NCBI GenBank assembly: GCA_030655145.1
Contig: JAURWD010000291.1
Location: 1,181-65,180 of the forward strand
Origin: Ferruginibacter sp.
GTDB lineage: Bacteria; Bacteroidota; Bacteroidia; Chitinophagales; Chitinophagaceae
Reading direction: 5' to 3'
Length of the DNA stretch: 64,000 nucleotides
Part shown: positions 18,886-28,768 of the stretch, piece by piece
Layout: each line of letters starts with the position of its first letter
Numbering within the stretch: position 1 is the stretch's first letter
Notes under the pieces: model-generated
Database searches by the model: none
What the model was told of the DNA's origin: nothing
What the model saw: the letters and a program-made list of their open reading frames with translations, nothing else
Made by a program: the position numbers and the translations under genes

Positions 18886-20207
18886 AGCGTTTCTACCAAC
18901 TCCTGGTAGTAATCCAAGCCAAGGTGAGTAATTAGGTCTTCTCCCATGATGTGGCGCAATGTGTTCTGCATTTTCATCAGTTGTTTAAAAATGTCATGTT
19001 CAGGACTCAATTGCGGCAAAGTTTGTGGCGATTTAAAATAAAACGAAAGCCATTCCTGTATCCCACTCATGTCTGAGCGTTTTGCCAGGTCAAGAAACAA
19101 GGCCAGGTCTAATACGATCGGCGCAGCGAGAATTGAATCCCTGCAAAGGAAATTTATCTTTATCTGCATGGAGTAACCTAACCAGCCGAAGATGTCGATG
19201 TTGTCCCAGCTTTCTTTATTATCACCTGCCGGTGGATAATAATTGATCCGCACTTTATGGTAGAGATCACCATATAATTCGGGGTTCAACTCCGGGCGAA
19301 AGATCTCATCAAGCACACTGAGTTTAGAAACTTCCTTTGTTTTAAAATTATCCGGGTGATCCAGCACGTAGCCGTCCCTGTTACCTAAGATGTTTGTCGA
19401 GAACCAACCACGAACGCCGAGGGCTCTCGCGTGTAACCCGGGAGCCAGGATCGTCTTCATCAAGGTTTGACCTGTTTTAAAATCCTTTCCACCGATAGGT
19501 GTATTGGTTTCTTTTGCCAGCTCGATCAAGGCAGGGATATCACAGGTTAAGTTAGGTGCTCCGTTCGCAAATGGTACACCCGATTTGATAGCCGCGTAAG
19601 CATAGATCATGCTCGGTGCAATCAAACTTTCATTGTTTTTTAACGCTGCTTCAAAAAGTTCAATAGTGCTGTGGATATCAGTTGACTCAATATATTTTTC
19701 CGTGCTTCCACACCAGACCATCACCACGCGGTTACAATTATTTTCCAGTTTAAAACGCTCGATGTCTTCAATCACCTGCATGGCGAGATCGTACTTTGTC
19801 GCGCCGGTCTTTACATTCTTTCCATCAAGGTTTGAAACATATGATCTGTCAAATACTGCTTTCATCGGCTTGATCGCTTCAAGCTCAGGTTTGATGGCCT
19901 GCAACAAAGGAAGGTCTAACACTTTCGCGTTTAGCGCTGCCTCGTACACGTTATCTTCATACAGATCCCATCCGCCGAAGGCGATGTCATTCAGATCTGC
20001 CAGTGGAACAAATTCTTTGATCTTTGGAAACCTGTCTTCTGTGCGCTTACCCAACCGAATATTTCCCATCTGCGTCAATGAACCTATTGGCTGCGCTATG
20101 CCCTTCTTAACAGCTTCAACGCCCGCGATAAAAGTCGTAGCCACTGCTCCAAGGCCGGGTATTAAAATACCTAATCTTCCATCCGCTGGAATGATGTCTT
20201 GTCTCAT
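18882..20207 (-). CDS. myo-Inositol-1-phosphate (inositol-3-phosphate) synthase
   Basis: The 441-aa product has an N-terminal Rossmann fold (LGILIPGLGAVATT). Catalytic-region motifs follow (GKDFKTGQT, NILGNRDG, LCRDS). Confidence 0.93.
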   Translation of the reverse strand: MRQDIIPADGRLGILIPGLGAVATTFIAGVEAVKKGIAQPIGSLTQMGNIRLGKRTEDRFPKIKEFVPLADLNDIAFGGWDLYEDNVYEAALNAKVLDLPLLQAIKPELEAIKPMKAVFDRSYVSNLDGKNVKTGATKYDLAMQVIEDIERFKLENNCNRVVMVWCGSTEKYIESTDIHSTIELFEAALKNNESLIAPSMIYAYAAIKSGVPFANGAPNLTCDIPALIELAKETNTPIGGKDFKTGQTLMKTILAPGLHARALGVRGWFSTNILGNRDGYVLDHPDNFKTKEVSKLSVLDEIFRPELNPELYGDLYHKVRINYYPPAGDNKESWDNIDIFGWLGYSMQIKINFLCRDSILAAPIVLDLALFLDLAKRSDMSGIQEWLSFYFKSPQTLPQLSPEHDIFKQLMKMQNTLRHIMGEDLITHLGLDYYQELVETL

Positions 20208-20254
20208 AATGATTTAAATTTTGATTTATGATGCCTATCGTTGTAACTAACAGC

Positions 20255-21237
20255 CTACATCCATTTGTTCTTTGTGTACCAGGCAATTGAATCTTCCAGG
20301 CCTGTTTGCAGATCGAACTTAGGTGAGTACCTTAATTCATTTTTCGCTTTAGAAATATCGCAGATCCAGTTCTTTGCAGCGAGCTCATGCAGTTTTTCAC
20401 GACTGAGTACTGAAGGCTTTTTTAACCAGCCGTTGGTAGTTTCCAACACGAACGCCAGTGTTCGTACAATTGGCATGGGAATATGAAATCTGAACGCTGT
20501 TTTTTTCAGGATCGTTTTAATGATATCAGAAAACTGGTACCTGTTGTAACTATGACCATCTGTAACATTATAAATACCGGAGGCTTCTGGTATGAACAAG
20601 GATTGAACAGCAAGTTCTGCTACATCCTTTGCGTGTACAAAACTCAGAAACTGATCAAACTTCCCGATGTATGGATCGAAGCCTTTATTAACTGTCTTCA
20701 CCAGGATAAAAATATCTTTATCTCTCGGCCCATATATCGCGGTAGGCCGTAGAATGACCGAAGAAATTCCTACTCCTGATAAATTTTTTTCTGCCAGCAG
20801 TTTACTTCTTCCGTAAGCGGTAACAGGTTTCGGCGTATTTGTTTCCAGGATCTGCTTAGCCGGATCCGTTAAAGGTCCAACCGCTGCAAGACTACTGATA
20901 AACACAAACTTGCTAAACTGGTCACCAAGTTTTTCTGCTGCTTTTGCGAGGTTTAGCGTGAAGGTGGCATTGATGTAATCGTACGTATCCTGCCGCATTG
21001 CTTTTGTGATTCCCGCAGCGTGGATGATATGCCTGATGTTATTTTCCCTGAGCTGTTTTGCCAGGTCTTCTACATTTTCATAATCAAGATAAACATAGCG
21101 TACCGGAAGATCTTCAAGGTGTTTGATGTTACTGTTTTTGCGAACCGCTGCATAAACGATCAAACCTTTTTCAATCGCGGCATTCACAATGTGGTACCCA
21201 AGGAAGCCGCTTGCGCCGGTCACTAATACATGATCGC

Positions 21238-21241
<4 letters not shown>
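20255..21241 (-). CDS. NAD(P)-dependent epimerase/dehydratase-family (extended SDR) oxidoreductase; candidate 3-keto-sphingoid/ceramide reductase
   Basis: The Rossmann motif VLVTGASGFLG and the catalytic YxxxK (AYGRSK) are present. A 4-nt overlap links it to the upstream GNAT-like gene. Confidence 0.85.
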
Positions 21242-23576
<2,335 letters not shown>

Positions 23577-23602
23577 TTAAAGTGTTTTCTTTAAGCTTGA
23601 TA

Positions 23603-23618
23603 TCTATTGAAAAATAGA
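23603..23618. promoter_or_regulatory. Inverted repeat TCTATT-N4-AATAGA upstream of the lipid operon (candidate operator)
   Basis: A perfect 6-bp inverted repeat sits 36-51 nt upstream of the SPT-like ATG. It lies in the AT-rich 107-bp gap between the MarR gene and the operon. Confidence 0.25.
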
Positions 23619-23674
23619 ATTTATTATAATGGTAAACTTATATTTTTTATAAAGTTAATCAGTAACTGTTTTGC

Positions 23675-24115
23675 TTATTTGCATTTTTGTTGAATTTTTG
23701 CTAACACGCACATACAAGTGTTAAGATCTTCTTCATTAATTCCGTCTTTCAACACTTCATCCTGGTCCAGGAATTTGTTGTGCATCTCATCGATGATCGC
23801 CTTCCCGGTACTCGTCAGTTCGATCACATTTTTCCGCCTGTCGCCTGCAACCGGCACACGCTTCACAAATCCTTTTTCTTCTAATATGTCGATAGACCGT
23901 AAAATGGCAGATTTGGTTTTGTCCATTACCGAAGCAATGTCCTGCTGGATGAGTTCCTTGTTGTTACTCCTTGATATATAATACAGCACGCCCATTTGCT
24001 CAAAGGTAATATCGACTGTTAGACCGGAAAATGTTCCATTTATGGTCTTGAGTAACAATTTACCTGTGTGAACAATCATAAACCCCAAAGTATCCGGCAT
24101 TTCAGTACAGTGCAT
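23675..24115 (-). CDS. MarR-family transcriptional regulator
   Basis: The winged-HTH core is visible (FEQMGVLYYISRS...QQDIASVMDKTKSAILRSIDILEEKGFVKRVPVAGDRRKNVIELT). Alternative ATG starts exist a few codons in. Confidence 0.88.
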   Translation of the reverse strand: MHCTEMPDTLGFMIVHTGKLLLKTINGTFSGLTVDITFEQMGVLYYISRSNNKELIQQDIASVMDKTKSAILRSIDILEEKGFVKRVPVAGDRRKNVIELTSTGKAIIDEMHNKFLDQDEVLKDGINEEDLNTCMCVLAKIQQKCK

Positions 24116-24926
24116 ATATCAATAGTTGCGTAGTGAACTGTTGCAAAAGTAATAGTATTTACTGTCAACTTAAAAATTTATTTTCAAAGAACTACAAGCG
24201 AAACATTTTTCAACATGTAACCCCGTAGACGTTTTGAACTAAGCAAGATTTTAAAAAGAGCGAAAATTTTGAAGATATTTTCTTGCAACTGACCAGGCAG
24301 CTTCTCGGGAACAAAGTTATTTGATCGGGAAAATTTTTCTCTACCACTCATCCCAGCGCATCGATGGTCAGGTAGCCAGGCATAAATACACAAGCCCCTC
24401 CATTACTGGAAGGGCTTAGTGTAAATCAAGGTTTGATTAGGGCATCCACATCGATTGCTGCGGAAGAAGTTGAACCAATTGCTGGTTGGTTGGTAACTTA
24501 ACAGCCCTGGGCTGCGAAGTTGAACTGCCTACCTATAGGCAGTGGGAATGAGTTGACAAACCATCTGGGTGTTTTAAGCTGTTGTTGTTGATGGGTTAAA
24601 GGCTACTTGTGAGGGCCAGAACGGCGGCACAAAGCAGCACGATGAGTTCCTTTTGTCTTTGGAGGTTTAAGGTCGGCAGGGGAATTGCTTTAGCACCGAT
24701 TTGATAATTTGTCATAACGTGGTTTGAGAGGTAAGCGTTTTCTTGTGCTTATCGTTAGTCCACATTTGTGCCAAACCAGCTACGCATTGATAATCAGTAT
24801 TTTATCTTGAAGTACGACTGGCTTTTTTCCAGTATCCGGAAGCTTTTTCCATCGCGTGGACTTCCTACTTCGGCTTCGTGGCTCCGGGCATAGGAATAAT
24901 CCTAAATTGCAGCAATTTCAACCTTC

Positions 24927-26060
24927 ATGAAGTATTATATTATTGCGGGCGAAGCTAGTGGGGATTTGCATGCGGGCAATCTCGCGAAAGCTTTGCTCAA
25001 ACTAGATCCAACAGCAACTTTGCGGGGTTGGGGAGGAGATATTATGGAGGCGGCGGGGGTGCCGCTGGTTAAACACTATCGCGACCTGGCCTTTATGGGT
25101 TTCATCGAAGTGATCAGCAACCTACGCACGATCTTTAAAAACCTTGCATTCTGCAAATCAGATATCAGCGAATTCAAACCAGATGTCCTCATCCTGGTTG
25201 ATTACCCGGGATTTAATTTACGCATAGCGGAATGGGCTCGCCAACAAAACCTAAAGGTCATTTATTATATATCCCCGCAGGTTTGGGCCTGGAAAGAAAA
25301 CAGGGTGAAGGGTATCAAGAAGAATGTCGACAAAATGCTGGTCATTCTACCCTTCGAAAAAGAGTTTTATAAAACGTGGGACTTCGAAGTTGAATATGTC
25401 GGACATCCACTGGTTCAGGTGATCGAAGAATTTAAATCCTCCGCAGCATCAGGACCTCCCCACGACCTGGCCCGGGCAAGCAACAGTAATTCACTCATTG
25501 CCTTGTTACCAGGCAGCCGTAAGCAGGAGATTTTGAAAAAACTGCCGATCATGTTGGAGATCACCAGGCACTACCCGGGCTACCAATTTGTTGTAGCAAA
25601 AGCTCCTGGTTTAGATGCTGAGTTTTATGATGAATTGCTCGCACCTTACTCGAATGTATCATGGGTTGTCAATAAAACTTATGACTTACTCAACCATGCG
25701 GTGGCCGCACTCGTCACAAGTGGAACAGCTACCTTAGAAACGGCTCTTTTCGGCGTTCCGGAGGTTATTTGTTATAAAGGAAGCTCGATCTCTTACCAGA
25801 TTGCCAAACGCCTGATAAAGATCAAATATATATGCCTCGTAAACCTGATCATGGATAAGGAGGTAGTAAAGGAACTTATACAGGAGGAATTAACCGTTGA
25901 AAACCTGCGGAAGGAGCTCGATCTGTTGCTGATGGATAAGGAAAAGCAGGAACAGCTTGCGACAGATTACGCGGTATTGAAGGAACTGCTCAGCAAAGGA
26001 GGAAACGCTTCGGAAAATGCAGCAAAAAGTATCCATCGATTTATGATCATTAATCATTGA
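24927..26060 (+). CDS. lpxB: Lipid-A-disaccharide synthase
   Basis: The LpxB N-terminus is present ([17 protein letters not shown]). GT19 motifs follow ([10 protein letters not shown] and [15 protein letters not shown]). Confidence 0.93.
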   Translation: MKYYIIAGEASGDLHAGNLAKALLKLDPTATLRGWGGDIMEAAGVPLVKHYRDLAFMGFIEVISNLRTIFKNLAFCKSDISEFKPDVLILVDYPGFNLRIAEWARQQNLKVIYYISPQVWAWKENRVKGIKKNVDKMLVILPFEKEFYKTWDFEVEYVGHPLVQVIEEFKSSAASGPPHDLARASNSNSLIALLPGSRKQEILKKLPIMLEITRHYPGYQFVVAKAPGLDAEFYDELLAPYSNVSWVVNKTYDLLNHAVAALVTSGTATLETALFGVPEVICYKGSSISYQIAKRLIKIKYICLVNLIMDKEVVKELIQEELTVENLRKELDLLLMDKEKQEQLATDYAVLKELLSKGGNASENAAKSIHRFMIINH

Positions 26061-26075
26061 AAGGTGGCATTAAGC

Positions 26076-26240
26076 CTACCTTCTGAGTAGCTTAACTGCA
26101 AGGATCACCATTCCCACAAGAAATAACAAAATGGAAATTCGGTTAATGCCATGCATATATTTGACCCATTGTGAATTAGGCGTATTCGGGTCTTTTTTCT
26201 TTAAATAGAGATATTGCGCAACCTGGTTCCAGACTCCCAT
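26076..26240 (-). CDS. Small (54-aa) single-TM membrane protein
   Basis: This ATG-initiated ORF is below the track cutoff: MGVWNQVAQYLYLKKKDPNTPNSQWVKYMHGINRISILLFLVGMVILAVKLLRR. It has one clean TM helix with positive flanks, protein-like composition, and fills an otherwise empty gap. Confidence 0.5.
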   Translation of the reverse strand: MGVWNQVAQYLYLKKKDPNTPNSQWVKYMHGINRISILLFLVGMVILAVKLLRR

Positions 26241-26366
26241 GACAAAATTGTTTAGACATTAAAAATACAAAATGGCCAGCGTTTTGTTGTAACTGTTAAA
26301 TCAAACTGGTCATAAAAACCACAAACTTTCATCGTTCGTAAATTGGATAGATAAATCAAATTTTTT

Positions 26367-26828
26367 ATGAAGAAGTTATTGGTGTTAGTTTTCCTGGTTT
26401 CGCTTTTCACTTCCGCCTCCTTCGCCCAGGCACATCGCTTTACGGTTGTAAAATCAGAAGGGGAGTGGAAGAAGCAATTGTCCCCGGAAGCGTTCCAGGT
26501 CGCCCGAAAAGAAGGAACTGAACGGGCATACTCCGGCAAGTATTGGAACAATCATGAGGCCGGAACCTACCAGTGTGTTTGTTGTAACCAGGAAGTTTTT
26601 AGTTCAACCACCAAATTTGAGAGCGGGACCGGCTGGCCAAGTTTTTACAAGCCTTCAAGTAAGTCAGCCGTCCTTGAAGAAGTTGACCGCACCTATAATA
26701 TGGACCGCACGAAAGTAACCTGTAGCCGTTGCGGAGCTCACCTGGGACACGTTTTTGAAGACGGGCCAAAACCCACTGGGCTCAGGTATTGCCTCAATTC
26801 CGTGGCCCTCAATTTCGTAAAAAAATAG
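26367..26828 (+). CDS. msrB: Peptide-methionine (R)-S-oxide reductase, secreted form
   Basis: The signal peptide is MKKLLVLVFLVSLFTSASFAQA. Two CxxC zinc motifs (CVCCNQ and CSRCGAHLGHVF) and the catalytic RYCLNS are present. Confidence 0.93.
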   Translation: MKKLLVLVFLVSLFTSASFAQAHRFTVVKSEGEWKKQLSPEAFQVARKEGTERAYSGKYWNNHEAGTYQCVCCNQEVFSSTTKFESGTGWPSFYKPSSKSAVLEEVDRTYNMDRTKVTCSRCGAHLGHVFEDGPKPTGLRYCLNSVALNFVKK

Positions 26829-26951
26829 CCGCCCTGGTTTTTTCTCACCGCGAAAACTGGCTTTCTTTGAGCCGGTTTTCCAATAAAATAATTGACGGGC
26901 TTAACAAACCAATGCTTTAATTTTATAGTCACCGAAAGCTACGGTAGCTAT

Positions 26952-27938
26952 ATGAAACAGTTATTGTTTATACAGCCCAATGAATTGCCCGGAATCGCAG
27001 CAAAGAAGCTAAAACAAGCTGGGTTTAGTGTAACTGTGCAGCCCTTCCAACAAGACTATCTTCCTCACGACATTTCAACTTTCGACCTGGTGGTACTTGA
27101 CAGTTTATTACAAGTACATGGGCACGAGGAACTTGTTCGACAGCTTGATGGTCACAGCCTGGTTGTGGTATACAACCCGTCCAAACTTCCTACACTTTCT
27201 ACTGCTCACCTGCCCACCGGCTGGATTGAAGTAAGCTCACTGCGCAAACTTCCCGGCGCTATCAAATCTCAAATAAAAAATTCCCGGAAGATGCCGGCTA
27301 TGCCGGAGATTTCTTCCCTACTACCGGGACTTTCCGTCACCAGGAAATTTTACCAGTACAAAAAGAAACAAGTCATATATGCAGAAGGTCATCATCCCTG
27401 CAACCTCTTATACATTGAAAAAGGAAAGGTTAAGGTCTTCAAGAAAAACAATGAAGGCAAGGAGTTGACGATTGCCTTATTAACCCGGGGAGACTATTTA
27501 GGTTATGCAGCGTTGCTGGAAGAAAGTGTTTACAAAGACTCTGCCCAGGCGATGGAGGACACCGAGATCACGGGAGTGCCGCGGGAGGAGTTCGAGGTGT
27601 TGATGAATACCGACAAATCAGTTGCAAAAAAATTCATCCGCTTGTTGGCTTCCAATGTAAGTGAACAGGAATCCCAACTATTAAAACTTGCCTACAATTC
27701 ACTGCGCAAGCGGGTTGCGGAAGCGTTGATGAATCTGGTGCAAAAATATAAAACCGAAGTACAGGCCCAATTCTCCATACATATTTCCCGTGAAGAACTT
27801 GCAAACATGGTTGGGACTGCCACCGAAAGTTTGATTCGCACCCTCAGTGATTTTAAACATGAAAAGTTGATACAGATAAAAGCGGGGAATATCATTATTG
27901 CAGATGGAAAAAAATTACGGCAGATCGCAGAATGCTGA
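26952..27938 (+). CDS. Crp/Fnr-family regulator with an extra N-terminal receiver-like domain
   Basis: The C-terminal ~210 aa form a cNMP-binding beta-barrel (IYAEGHHPCNLLYIEKGKVKVFK..GDYLGY) plus a Crp HTH (ISREELANMVGTATESLIRTLSDFK). The N-terminal ~120 aa have a flavodoxin-like alternating pattern. The start is the ATG at 26952. Confidence 0.8.
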   Translation: MKQLLFIQPNELPGIAAKKLKQAGFSVTVQPFQQDYLPHDISTFDLVVLDSLLQVHGHEELVRQLDGHSLVVVYNPSKLPTLSTAHLPTGWIEVSSLRKLPGAIKSQIKNSRKMPAMPEISSLLPGLSVTRKFYQYKKKQVIYAEGHHPCNLLYIEKGKVKVFKKNNEGKELTIALLTRGDYLGYAALLEESVYKDSAQAMEDTEITGVPREEFEVLMNTDKSVAKKFIRLLASNVSEQESQLLKLAYNSLRKRVAEALMNLVQKYKTEVQAQFSIHISREELANMVGTATESLIRTLSDFKHEKLIQIKAGNIIIADGKKLRQIAEC

Positions 27939-28096
27939 TCCACTCACCAAGAACTTTCTCTCGACCACCCCGTCTTATCCCTTACATCCTGCTAATCGAA
28001 GCTCATAATCACGACTTAAATTTTCTTCGTCAAATGGGGAAAATTGCTTTCCACCGTTAGCGAAAGAAAATGGCATTCGGGTTAACTTTGCCGGCT

Positions 28097-28390
28097 ATGA
28101 CAGTAACGATTCCACACGACCTACCGAAGCCAGAGGCTGAAACCCGCGTAAAAGGTTTGATCAGTAATGTAAAAGACCAGTTTGGAGATAAAGTGCAAGA
28201 CATCCAGGAAGACTGGCAGGGTGATACCGGTCGCTTTAAGTTTTCCATGAGTGGACATTCCGTTTCCGGCACCATCAAACTCCTGGAAAAAGCAGTGGAA
28301 GTAAATCTCGATCTACCATTTATTGCCACTTTCTTCAAAGGGAAAATCAAATCCGTTATTGAGCAGGAAGGAGCCCGGTTGCTTGCTTAA
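28097..28390 (+). CDS. Polyhydroxyalkanoic-acid-system-family small protein (PHA_gran_rgn-like)
   Basis: The ~97-aa product matches the family layout: ITIPH-type N-terminus, W.GDT..F.FS..G..V.G.I and a C-terminal KGKI...IE motif. I chose the ATG at 28097. Confidence 0.65.
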   Translation: MTVTIPHDLPKPEAETRVKGLISNVKDQFGDKVQDIQEDWQGDTGRFKFSMSGHSVSGTIKLLEKAVEVNLDLPFIATFFKGKIKSVIEQEGARLLA

Positions 28391-28768
28391 TGCGCCATCC
28401 ATTTCAATTTTTTAACTCTAGCGTCTTCATTTAATAAATGTCCGTGCCGGCAAACAGGGTATGTTCAGTTAGCTGGACTTCCTGTGTAAGAGATAATTTC
28501 ATTATCCTGCGGCCTGGCTGCTTTTTTTGCCCACAATTTTCTCCAGCAGATCAGCGTGTACGCGTTGCCTTTAGGTACTTCAATTTCCCGAACTGTCCCA
28601 CCATTTCTAGCTTTTATCAATAGTATTTTATCCGCCTTTTATCCTGTACCGACAAATCCTGGCACCCCGGCGATCCCAGGTGGTTGTACAACAATATCCT
28701 CTTTATCTTTAGGCAGCAGATAGTGGAGATCTTACCATCACACCTAAACAAAAACAAACATACTGCAT

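Noticed and set aside
24184-24393. I considered the 69-aa minus-strand ORF in the marR-lpxB gap as a gene.
   Set aside because: It begins just downstream of a terminator-like hairpin. Its composition is odd (MCIYAWLPDHRCAG...), with no recognisable family or signal. It is most likely a chance ORF in the marR promoter region.
24385-24900. I considered whether the minus strand of the 811-bp gap encodes RNase P RNA or tmRNA. The size is right, there is an AGGAAGUCCAC segment that pairs with GUGGACU, and a terminator-like hairpin closes the region.
   Set aside because: The two pairing strands are only ~100 nt apart. The universal P4 sequences (GAGGAAAGUCCGGGC ... ACAGAA-CCGGCUUA) are absent. There is no tRNA-like acceptor/T-arm 3' end and no ALAA-type tag reading frame. 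The region is kept only as an unclassified candidate.
28438-28623. I considered the 61-aa plus-strand ORF in the gap upstream of GH31.
   Set aside because: Its Cys/Phe/Arg-rich composition is improbable, and no start context or homology is recognisable. The opposite strand gives the more protein-like frame, which I reported as a low-confidence finding.
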